64,000 bases of DNA from an uncultured Clostridia bacterium (lineage in GTDB: Bacteria > Bacillota > Clostridia > TANB77 > CAG-508): the NCBI GenBank assembly GCA_934168305.1, contig CAKPNF010000001.1:143480-207479 (forward strand), written 5' to 3'. The position numbers and the translations under genes were made by a program. Under the pieces are notes generated by a model. The model saw nothing but the letters and a program-made list of their open reading frames with translations, searched no databases and was not told the origin of the DNA. Positions 19,401 to 28,400 of the stretch are shown here, in pieces (positions within the stretch are counted from its first letter, which is position 1; every line of letters starts with the position of its first letter).

Positions 19401-20999
19401 ATGAAAGAATTGTTAAAAGTAATATCTAAAAAATTATTGTTATGGTCTATTTTTTTTAACACAATATATTCTATAGCAGATTATGGTGAAGCTTTTGCAT
19501 TATCATATTTTGGGACTAGCCCTTTAACACTAGATAAAATAATAAAACTTACTGTTGCAGTTGTAATTGCCTATTTAATAATGCTAATGACAAGTAAAAT
19601 AGCATCATATATAGATAATGTTAATGAAGTGAAGTCAAAAACAGCAATTCAAAAATATTATTTTGAAAAAGTACAATCTATGACAATGGAAAAAATTGCA
19701 GAAACTCATACAGGTTACATACATACATTAATATTGGAAGTTTCGGATTTATTTATGAATTTAGTTTGGCTTTTTGCAATAAGTGTATTACCATTAATTA
19801 TAGGAACAACATCTATACTTCTAATGGTTTGTAAACAATCAATTATAACAGGTATAATTTGTTTAGTAATTGGATTTTTAGCAGTATATTTAAAATATAA
19901 AATGATGAGTAAAAAACAAAAATATGATAAACAAGTTAGAAAAGAAAAATCAAGATACAATGCAACATTTATAGATTTTGTTCAAAATATTATAACAGTA
20001 AGAAAATTAAACATAAATGAATTTTGCAAAAATAAAATAGGTGAAAATAGTGAGCAATATTTAAAAACAACAAAGGTGAACGAAATAAAAAGATCTTATA
20101 TGAATGCAGTATTTACAGGATTAATGAATTTATTATATGTTGTTGTATTAATTAGTACAATAATTATGGTAAAGAATGGTGAAGATGGTTTACCTTATTT
20201 ATTATTTTATATGGCTGCATTAGGAAAATTATATATAGAACTTAATAATATTGTAAAATTAATTGATATTACAGTTAGATTTAAAGGAGCAAAAGAGCAA
20301 TTAGATAACTATTTTAAAGGTAGTACAAAAGTTGAATTAATAGATAAATATAATAATGTTAAACTTACAAATGTTATTTTTTCATATACAAAAGATTCAA
20401 CGAAAATTAAAATACCAGAATTCATTTTAAATAAAGGTGATAAAATTAGCATTATGGGTGAATCCGGTCAAGGAAAAACAACGACAATGAATATTTTAGC
20501 TGGTTTATTTCCTTTATCAGAAGGAGAATTAAAAATAGATGGTAAAACTGTAAAGAATAAAAGACTTGATCTAGTATTTGTATCACAGGAAGTTGACTTG
20601 TTTGATTTAAGCATAAGAGATAATTTATGTTTAGGAAAAGAAATTTCAGAAGAAAAAATAATGCAGTTACTTGATGAAGCAGGATTGATGAATTGGTATA
20701 AAGAATTGCCAAATGGACTTGAAACAATGGTGGGAGAAAAAGGAATAAAATTATCAGCAGGTCAAAAACAAAGATTAAATTTAATTAGAGGAATATTAAT
20801 AGATAAAGAATTATATTTTTTTGATGAGCCTACATCTAATTTAGATGCTTTATCTGAAGAAAAGATAACAAATATGATTGAAAAGTATTTAAAAGATAAA
20901 ACATATGTGATTGTAACACATAGACAAAAATTGAAAGAATTATGTAATAAGCATTATTTATTTGATAATCATATGATGAAAGAGATAATAGCAGTATAA
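19401..20999 (+). CDS. fused permease/ATPase ABC exporter
   Basis: N-terminal 6-TM domain, Walker A GESGQGKTT, signature LSAGQKQR, Walker B LYFFDEPTS. Confidence 0.85.
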   Translation: MKELLKVISKKLLLWSIFFNTIYSIADYGEAFALSYFGTSPLTLDKIIKLTVAVVIAYLIMLMTSKIASYIDNVNEVKSKTAIQKYYFEKVQSMTMEKIAETHTGYIHTLILEVSDLFMNLVWLFAISVLPLIIGTTSILLMVCKQSIITGIICLVIGFLAVYLKYKMMSKKQKYDKQVRKEKSRYNATFIDFVQNIITVRKLNINEFCKNKIGENSEQYLKTTKVNEIKRSYMNAVFTGLMNLLYVVVLISTIIMVKNGEDGLPYLLFYMAALGKLYIELNNIVKLIDITVRFKGAKEQLDNYFKGSTKVELIDKYNNVKLTNVIFSYTKDSTKIKIPEFILNKGDKISIMGESGQGKTTTMNILAGLFPLSEGELKIDGKTVKNKRLDLVFVSQEVDLFDLSIRDNLCLGKEISEEKIMQLLDEAGLMNWYKELPNGLETMVGEKGIKLSAGQKQRLNLIRGILIDKELYFFDEPTSNLDALSEEKITNMIEKYLKDKTYVIVTHRQKLKELCNKHYLFDNHMMKEIIAV

Positions 21000-21111
21000 T
21001 TAATATATACAACAATTTAAAGATCAATATAATTAAGGAAAAGTACATGAAGAAGTGAGAAATAATGTTAAGTCCTAAACAAAATATAAAAAACAAATAG
21101 GAGTTGAAAAT

Positions 21112-22101
21112 ATGAATAGTGATATAAAAATAAGAAAAGTAAATCAAACAGATGCCACTAAATGGTTTAAATTTGTTAATAAGGTATGGAGAAGTGCATA
21201 TATAAATATTTTTCCAGAAGAGGTTTTCTTAGAAAAAGAAAAAAATGTTGAAGAGAAAGAAAAAAATTTTAATAAAAAAATATTTAATGACAACAGAAAT
21301 ATTGCACTAGTTGCAGAATATAAAGGAGAAATTATTGGAATAATGCGTGGTTCAATTAATTCAAATTATGAACATTTTAATGTAAAATATGCAGATTTAA
21401 TTGGATTATATATAGATCCTGATTTTCAAGGAAAAGGAATAGGTAGTAGCTTTAAGAGAATGTTTGAAGAATGGGCAATAAAAAATGGCGCAACTAAATA
21501 TGTGATTGGAGTATTAAAAGACAATCATAAAGCAAGAACTATATATGAAAAATGGGGTGGTAAATTATCAACTTATGAAGAGGATTTTTATAAATTAGGT
21601 GTTGCTTATAAAGAAGTATTTTATACATATGATTTATTTGATGATATAAAATATAAAAATGGAAATTTTAATTTTGCATACAGAGTGTCTGCAATTATGT
21701 ATAATGAAGATGAAACAAGAATTCTTTTATTTTATGGAGATGACATGGAATTCTATATGTTGCCTGGTGGAAAGGTTAAGGAACAAGAAAAAAGCATAGA
21801 TGCAATTAAAAGGGAAATTTATGAAGAATTAGGATATAAAAATTTAGAATTTAAATTTGCAGGAGTAAGTGAAGAATTAATTTCTGAAAAAGATAAGTTC
21901 ATTCAAGAAATAACTATAACATACAAATGCAAATATAATGGCGATATCAAAGAAAAATCTTTTAAAAGTAAAGAATCAGATTGGATTAACTTTAAATGGG
22001 TAGAAATAAATAAGTTAGATGAATTTAATATCTACCCTAGTAAAATTTCATCAATTGTAAATAAAAGTAGTAATCATATAGTAGAAGAAAAAAATAAATA
22101 G
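21112..22101 (+). CDS. GNAT N-acetyltransferase fused to a NUDIX hydrolase domain
   Basis: GNAT motif A (LYIDPDFQGKGIGSS) in the N-terminal half. Nudix box GGKVKEQEKSIDAIKREIYEELGY in the C-terminal half. Confidence 0.8.
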   Translation: MNSDIKIRKVNQTDATKWFKFVNKVWRSAYINIFPEEVFLEKEKNVEEKEKNFNKKIFNDNRNIALVAEYKGEIIGIMRGSINSNYEHFNVKYADLIGLYIDPDFQGKGIGSSFKRMFEEWAIKNGATKYVIGVLKDNHKARTIYEKWGGKLSTYEEDFYKLGVAYKEVFYTYDLFDDIKYKNGNFNFAYRVSAIMYNEDETRILLFYGDDMEFYMLPGGKVKEQEKSIDAIKREIYEELGYKNLEFKFAGVSEELISEKDKFIQEITITYKCKYNGDIKEKSFKSKESDWINFKWVEINKLDEFNIYPSKISSIVNKSSNHIVEEKNK

Positions 22102-22258
22102 TTTTACGATTACTCGTAACAATACTATAATATATGACTGAAATTAAAATACTCCAACAGAAAAAAGACAAAGTAGGAAGGAAAACTCTATTTCAAAACA
22201 GAGCATTTTACAATTTAATAATAACTCGAAAATCAATTAGTTAAGGAGGAAATTCAAT

Positions 22259-22528
22259 ATGGCAGATTACACAATTTATTCAAATGGAATTTGGAAACTG
22301 ATGTTAGAAAAGTACCCAGATTTAAGAGAAGTAGCTATTGAATGTGGATGTGAGAACGACCCACAAAAAGTACAGAAAATAAGACAACAATTTAGCCGTT
22401 CTTGTGAAATTGAAGTATTATCTGAGACAGAAAGAAAATTAGCTAGTAAATTGGTAAGTATAGAATTCTGTGAAATATTCTTTTTAAAGCATATTACATT
22501 TTTTATTAATTTGAATAAAATTGAGTAG
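22259..22528 (+). CDS. hypothetical protein whose 3' end runs into repeat R2 (probably truncated)
   Basis: AAGGAGG RBS. The last 8 codons (INLNKIE*) are encoded by the conserved 5' end of the R repeat, identical to the sequence at 18035-18058. Confidence 0.4.
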   Translation: MADYTIYSNGIWKLMLEKYPDLREVAIECGCENDPQKVQKIRQQFSRSCEIEVLSETERKLASKLVSIEFCEIFFLKHITFFINLNKIE

Positions 22529-23589
22529 AGTAGGGAAGGATAGCCATTTTTTTTAATGTTGTAGATTTATATTTAATATAATAAAAAAGACATAGAAAAA
22601 TTTTGTGCAAAGTTTTACAAAATAAAATTTATTTAATATTTATAATTAAAAGTTTTTAAAATTTGAAAAATAAAATTAAAAAAATATTGCATTTGAAATT
22701 TTAAAATTTTAAGAATTGTAAATTAAAGATTTTAAAATTATAGAATTTTTAAAGCGAACATTTGTTAATTGCCAATTTTAATGTTTGATTTTTAATTTAT
22801 ATGTATTTTAATTATTCTAATTTAAACTTACGAAAATCAATTTTAAGCCAATTACAATATTGCAATATTGATAAATCTAAATATTAAATTTAGATTTATT
22901 TAAGTTGTTTATTGTATAAATATACGATTTTTGTAATTATCTGCAAATACTAAAATAATCTCTAAAAAGCCTGAAATAACAGCTTACGAGAATCAATTTT
23001 AAGGCATTTTAATATTTAAGCCATATAACTTGTTGTTTAGTATTTGGGCAAAATATTGATAATTCTGAGTTTGAGAGATTTTAGATAAAAAATGACCAAA
23101 TTTTTTATACTTATATAGGTATATAAAAAAATGTAAAAATACCTCAAAAAAGCGACGCACGAGAATCGATTTTAAGCCGTTTTTATTTTTAAGGCTTATA
23201 GTTTGTTGTTGGCAAAATACGGCAAATATAGAGAAATAGGCATTTTAAAGATTTTTGTAAAATTTATATAAATATAATATGAAATAAAAATTATTAAGTA
23301 ATAAAATTAAATTTTAAATAGAAAAATTATTTAGATGTAAAATTATAAGGATAAATTATAAAACAGATTTAAAATTGATTTTAGAAATAAATATCTTGGA
23401 CTAGACTAACATTATTACAAGTAATAAATTATAAAGTAATAATGTTAGTCAAACGATAGCTAATAAATAGCTAGTAAAGCTGATAAGGCTAGTAGTTACA
23501 AGAACTTGTGGGTAGGACTCTGAAAGGAGTTCTATTATTTTGCTCCTATCTCTTATTGCGCAAAACTTTGATGCCGCGACAGTTTTTTA
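22505..23589 (+). repeat. R2: long AT-rich non-coding repeat (1085 bp)
   Basis: Full-length family member with three internal ACGAGAATCGATTTTAAGCC-type modules (22.83, 22.99, 23.16 kb), a 14-bp perfect hairpin at 23404-23450 and a conserved 3' module ending GATGCCGCGACAG. Confidence 0.9.
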
Positions 23590-23623
23590 CAAAAACATAA
23601 AAATAAATAATTTAAAAAAGGTA

Positions 23624-23652
23624 TAGACAAATATTTGTTCTTGTTGTAAAAT
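23624..23652 (+). promoter_or_regulatory. putative promoter of the RhuM-Fic cassette
   Basis: TAGACA, 17-nt spacer, TAAAAT. Confidence 0.35.
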
Positions 23653-23744
23653 ATATTCAATAGTTCAAAAATACTAGAAAGTTAAAACATATAAGTACCA
23701 ATAGATATACTAAGAACTAAATTTTATATAAAGGATGTGTTCTT

Positions 23745-24699
23745 ATGGACGAAAAAAGAAATGAAATTATTTTATTTGAAAACCAAGGAGTAAAATTAGA
23801 AGTAAACTTAAAAGATGAAACTGTGTGGCTTACACAAAAACAAATGGCAGAATTATTTGGGAAGGATAGAAGAACAATCACTCGTCATATTCAAAATATT
23901 TATAAAGATGAAGAATTAGTAGAAAGTTCAGTATGCTCATTTTTTGAGCATACTGCTGAAGATGGCAAAAAATATAATGTACAATATTACAATTTAGATA
24001 TGATTATTTCTATTGGATATAGAGTAAATAGCAAACAAGGTATTTTGTTTAGAAAATGGGCAACAAACATACTAAAAGACTACATGATAAAAGGATATGC
24101 TGTAAATCAAAAAAGACTAGAGTACTTAGAAAAAACTATAAAACTTATAGATATTGCAAACCGCATTGATGAAAGACTCGAAGGAAATGATGCAAAAGAA
24201 ATATTAAAAGTAATTGGAGGATATTCAAAAGCATTAGACTTATTAGATGATTATGATCATAGAACTTTAAAGAAAATTGAAGGAAATATAGACGATAGGA
24301 AAATTAAATACCAAGAATGTATAAATATAATTAATAAGTTAAGATTTAATGAAGAAAGTTCGCTTTTTGCAGTTGAAAGAGATAAAGGATTAGAATCAAT
24401 TATTGGTAACATTTATCAAAGCTTTGCACGGACAAGATATTTACAAGAGTATAGAAGAAAAAGGAGCAAATTTCTTATATTTAATAGTAAAAAATCATGT
24501 ATTTGCAGATGGCAATAAAAGAATTGCAGCAACTTTGTTTATATATTTTCTAAATTTTTACGGAATATTATATAAAAATGGTAAACAAGTAATTGATAAT
24601 AATACATTAACGGCTCTTACTTTATTAATTGCTGAATCGAATCCAAAGGAAAAAGAAGTAATTATAGATTTAGTGATGAATTTTTTGAATAATGAATAA
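23745..24699 (+). pseudogene. RhuM-family N-domain fused to a Fic/DOC domain, frame-broken as assembled
   Basis: ORF 23745-24518 carries the RhuM-like region. The overlapping +1 frame from 24430 gives GQDIYKSIEEKGANFLYLIVKNHVFADGNKRIAATLF (Fic motif HxFxDGNKR). The break is at the in-frame CGG at 24429-24431. Confidence 0.7.
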
Positions 24700-24716
24700 A
24701 ATTGGAGGTAAACAAT

Positions 24717-24863
24717 ATGTTAAATTATGAGTATACTCCAGAAAATGTAATAATTAGAGATAAAAATGATTTGAAAAGCAAGTTGCAACAAGGTTTAGAT
24801 GATATGAAATCAAATAAAACATATTCTTTAGATGAAGTTTTTAAGCATATTGATAATTTATAA
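24717..24863 (+). CDS. small ORF (48 aa), possible antitoxin-like partner
   Basis: Strong RBS (GGAGGTAAACAATATG). It is not in the supplied track because it is under 60 aa. The track's antisense ORF 24725-24925 overlaps it. Confidence 0.4.
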   Translation: MLNYEYTPENVIIRDKNDLKSKLQQGLDDMKSNKTYSLDEVFKHIDNL

Positions 24864-24879
24864 ATAGGAGTGAAATATA

Positions 24880-25404
24880 ATGAAAGTATATATAATAAGA
24901 CATGGAGAAGTCCCACATAACGCATTAAAACAATATAATAATGAAAATGAAGATTTAACTAAAAAAGGTATAAAACAGGCTGAAGAATTAAGAGAAAAAA
25001 TAAAAATAATTGATTATGATATTATAATTTGTTCTCCTTTAATTAGAGCAAAGCATACAGCTAAAATTATAAATGTTAAAGAAAAAGAAATACTTATTGA
25101 TAATAGATTAGAAGAAAGAAATCCCGGTAGTTTGTCTGGACAATCTCTAGATGTAACAAATAGAGACGAATACTGGAACTATTATACTGAAATACAATAT
25201 GGAACAAGTGAAAATATACAAGAATTCTTTAAAAGAATATATAACTTTTTAGATGAATTAAAAATAAAAGACTATAAAAATGTTCTAGTAGTAGCTCACA
25301 GTGGAGTATCAAAAGCATTTGATGGTTATTTTGAAGGTATAAAAAATGGTTTGTTCTTAGATAGAGGATTAAAAAATTGTGAAATAAAAAAATATGAATT
25401 CTAA
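24880..25404 (+). CDS. histidine phosphatase (phosphoglycerate mutase-like) family protein
   Basis: RHGE motif (IIRHGEVPHN) and a downstream catalytic His (VVAHSG). Confidence 0.85.
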   Translation: MKVYIIRHGEVPHNALKQYNNENEDLTKKGIKQAEELREKIKIIDYDIIICSPLIRAKHTAKIINVKEKEILIDNRLEERNPGSLSGQSLDVTNRDEYWNYYTEIQYGTSENIQEFFKRIYNFLDELKIKDYKNVLVVAHSGVSKAFDGYFEGIKNGLFLDRGLKNCEIKKYEF

Positions 25405-25410
25405 AAAATC

Positions 25411-25890
25411 AGTAGAGTAGGGGGATAGCACTTTTTTTGATGCTGTAAATTTATATTTAATATAAATATTATATATATATAAAACAAAAAAGATATAGAA
25501 AAATTTGGCGCAAAGTTTTTACAAAATAAAAATCTGATTTCTAATTTATAATTTTTTAAATAAAAAAATAAAACTAGAAAAAATATTGAATTTGAAATTT
25601 TAAAAATTATAAATTAAAGATTTTAAATTTATAGATTTTTTTTAAATCGAACATTTGTTAATTGCAAATTTTAATGTTTGGTTTTTAATTTATATGTATT
25701 TTTATTATTATAATTTAAACTTACGAAAATTAATTTTAAGCTAATTATAATATTTCAATATTAAATTTATTCATCCAAATATTAAATTTAGATTTATTTA
25801 AGTTGTTTATAAAAATTTTAGTTATATAGTTTGTTGTTGGTAAAATACGGCAAATATAGAGAAATAGGCATTTTTTGATAAAAAATTAAT
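25411..25890 (+). repeat. R3: 3'-truncated member of the R repeat family (~480 bp)
   Basis: Begins AGTAGAGTAGGGGGATAGCAC and shares the AAATCGAACATTTGTTAATTGC and TAGTTTGTTGTTGGTAAAATACGGCAAATATAGAGAAATAGGCATTTT blocks. It lacks the terminal CTCCTATCTC...GATGCC module. Confidence 0.85.
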
Positions 25891-25935
25891 AATTTAATAT
25901 AGAATAATTATAGATTTAGAAGGAGAAAAAATGTT

Positions 25936-26414
25936 ATGGATTTAAAAATTAAAACAGAAAAAGAAGAATTTCACGGGAGAACCTGTGGAATAATTAAGCA
26001 AGAAAATAATTTTTTAATCATGAGAGTAAATCAATCATCTTATTATCATATACCAGGTGGGCATATAGAAATTGGAGAAGATTCAGAACAAGCTATTATC
26101 CGTGAAATAAAAGAAGAAATTGATTGCGATGTTCAAGAAACAGATTTGTTTGCAATACAAGAGAATTTTTGGACAAGAAATAATAAAAAATGTCATGGAA
26201 TAGAATTTTATTATATAATAAAACCTAAGCAACAATTGCAAATAAAAGACTATCAAAGAATTGAAAATGATAAGAGTGAAAAAAACTATTAGATTTTAAA
26301 TGGGTTACTCCAGAAGAACTAAAAGATATAGATTTAAGACCTAGTAATATTAAAGATATGATAATAAATGGAGAATATCTTAAAGGTTTGTCACATATTG
26401 TAAAAAGAGGATGA
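25936..26414 (+). pseudogene. NUDIX hydrolase, frame-broken at an A7 run as assembled
   Basis: Nudix box PGGHIEIGEDSEQAIIREIKEEIDC. The ORF stops at 26292, but LLDFKWVTPEELKDIDLRPSNIKDMIING... continues in the -1 frame from the A7 run at 26279-26285. Confidence 0.7.
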
Positions 26415-26452
26415 ATGAATATAGTAAAGCGATGAAATTACATTTATATATA

Positions 26453-26481
26453 TTGAAAGTTATGTAAATATATGATATAAT
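26453..26481 (+). promoter_or_regulatory. sigmaA-type promoter
   Basis: TTGAAA (26453-26458), 17-nt spacer, TATAAT (26476-26481). Confidence 0.5.
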
Positions 26482-26583
26482 TAAAGTGTTTTTAGCCAAT
26501 AAGCTAATTAATTTTTATAATCTCCTTTACGGAGTAGACATATATAACCCAAAACAACGTTTTATAAAAAGGAGAGTGATATA

Positions 26584-27249
26584 ATGCAGTTATTGACAAA
26601 CGTCACATTAAAGGCAGAGCCTTTTATCAACGAAAACGAAGCTACATTCAATGCAGAATGCAAAGCAATTAGAACAAAATGCGATTTGCAATTAGAATAC
26701 GATGGAAGAGATGTTTTAGTTACTTTTCCACCATATTCTCAGATTGAAATAACTAAATGGTGTCAATTAATCTTAGGTCTATTTCACGAACAATCTAATT
26801 TTAAACAGCTTTTATTTAAAACATTCTCAAGTCTACGGTGCAAGACAAAGCTTGAATGCATTTTCTTTGAAGCAAATGGTGTTATAATTTGTGTTAAGAA
26901 AGATTCTAATCCCTATGAGCTTATGAGAGGTTATTTTTGTGAACAAGGTTATGTAGTTTTAGATAATGATACTGAACAGCAAATTAATAATAGAAATGAA
27001 AAACTTCTAAAATTACGTATGTTCGTTTATCAAATATTTATTCAGGAAAGTAAAAACTCTGATCTTAAAGCTAAAAGGAAACACATTTTTTTCTTATCAG
27101 ATGAAGAAGAACAAGCTTACAACCTGAAAGAATATAAAATCTATAATAAGAGATTCGAAGAGTACCTCCAAGATTTTGAATTAGATTCTGAATCTTCAGC
27201 AGAAAGCAAAGAATTGCTTAATCTGCTAAAAAAACAATTACTGCATTAA
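26584..27249 (+). CDS. hypothetical protein (221 aa), noticeably less AT-rich than its surroundings
   Basis: AAGGAGAG RBS and a long ORF followed by a strong terminator. No recognised motif. Confidence 0.55.
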   Translation: MQLLTNVTLKAEPFINENEATFNAECKAIRTKCDLQLEYDGRDVLVTFPPYSQIEITKWCQLILGLFHEQSNFKQLLFKTFSSLRCKTKLECIFFEANGVIICVKKDSNPYELMRGYFCEQGYVVLDNDTEQQINNRNEKLLKLRMFVYQIFIQESKNSDLKAKRKHIFFLSDEEEQAYNLKEYKIYNKRFEEYLQDFELDSESSAESKELLNLLKKQLLH

Positions 27250-27254
27250 AAACA

Positions 27255-27290
27255 AAAAACTGATTTACTATTCTTGTAAATCAGTTTTTT
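27255..27290 (+). terminator. intrinsic terminator
   Basis: AAAAACTGATTTAC-TATTCTT-GTAAATCAGTTTTT. Confidence 0.8.
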
Positions 27291-27319
27291 ACTATAAAAT
27301 GAATTTGAAGGAGATTATT

Positions 27320-28400
27320 GAAGAAAGTAGGGGGGAAGAACCCTATTTCCAAGAATATGTAATTTTAATAAAATTAAAAAAATTTAAAATAAAAAAAGAA
27401 ATAGGTAGTAAAATATTTTGTGCAATGTTCTTAAATTATTTTTAGAAAAAATATAAAATATATAATTTAATAAAATAATTTTAATTTAAATTTTAAATTA
27501 AAATTAAAAAAATTACAAATTAAAGATTTTAAAATTTTGTTTGGTAAAAAATCTTAAAACGAACATTTGATTATTACAAATTGATTTATAAATTTTAATT
27601 ATAATCTTAGATTTTAAATTATATTTATAAAGTCTGAAAATCAATTATAATTAATTTAAATTATTAACTAATAATTATCTGTTTATGATTTTAAAAATTA
27701 ATTTTGATGCTTTAAACTTATAGTATGCAATTTAAATTTGCAGATTTTAATTAAACTTATGGAATTATAATTATATGTAAGATCTTTTGAAATTAGTTAA
27801 AATAATGACTTGTGTGAATCGTTTTTAAGGTATTTTAATAAAACAGTCATATAGTTTGTTGTCTGGTATTTTAGCAAAATAATGATAATTCTAAGATTTA
27901 GCAATTTTTAGTAGTAAATTGTTTGACTTTATAGATATACAATAATAATCAAAAATACCTCAAAAAAGCGACGCACGAGAATCGATTTTAAGCCGTTCCT
28001 AAAAATTAGGCATATAGTTTGTTACCTGCAAAATACGGCAAATATGGAGATTCTGGGGTTTTGAGGATTTTTGATAAAAATTTGAGATAGGATCAGAAAT
28101 TATAAAAAATAATTAAAGTATAAAATTAAAATTTAAAGATTAGAAATAATTAAACATCAAATTATATAGATAAAATATTTAAGGAGCTAAAAAAAGATTT
28201 TAAAGCGATATAAAATTAAAGTAATATAAGTTGCCAAAATAAAACAAAATAATTGTATAATAAGTAAGTACATATAAAGCTAAAGGCTTGATAGTGCTGA
28301 ATTTGCTAGGAGGGACTTGGAACATAGTTCTAATATTTTACCCCTATACCTTTTTGCACAAAACTTTGATTTTGTGCAATGTTTGATGCTGTATTTTATA
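27320..28400 (+). repeat. R4: long AT-rich non-coding repeat (~1080 bp), most diverged member
   Basis: Shares a 47-nt identical block with R2 (AAAAATACCTCAAAAAAGCGACGCACGAGAATCGATTTTAAGCCGTT; 27951-27997 vs 23137-23183), the internal modules, and a variant 3' module that ends in a perfect TTGCACAAAA-CTTTGA-TTTTGTGCAA hairpin. Confidence 0.85.

Noticed and set aside
22505-23589. The R blocks as CRISPR arrays.
   Set aside because: There is no short (24-48 nt) repeat with regular spacing and unique spacers. The internal modules are ~170 nt, imperfect and homologous between blocks, and no cas genes are present.
11856-28400. A classical integron (a divergent tyrosine recombinase plus attC-bounded promoterless cassettes).
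   Set aside because: The recombinase looks like an ordinary XerC/D-family protein with no visible IntI-specific insertion. It is ~4.4 kb from the first repeat remnant (R0, 17291) and ~5.2 kb from the first full-length repeat (R1, 18035), with unrelated genes between. The separators are 0.5-1.1 kb rather than 60-130-nt attC hairpins, and the cassettes have their own promoters. The idea survives only as a loose analogy.
18035-28400. The R blocks as copies of known giant structured RNAs (OLE, GOLLD, ROOL, HEARO/omega RNA).
   Set aside because: The interiors are nearly pure A/T with large indels between copies and no recognisable conserved helices apart from the termini. No IscB/TnpB-type gene is adjacent. 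I cannot run covariance models, so this is rejected on appearance only.
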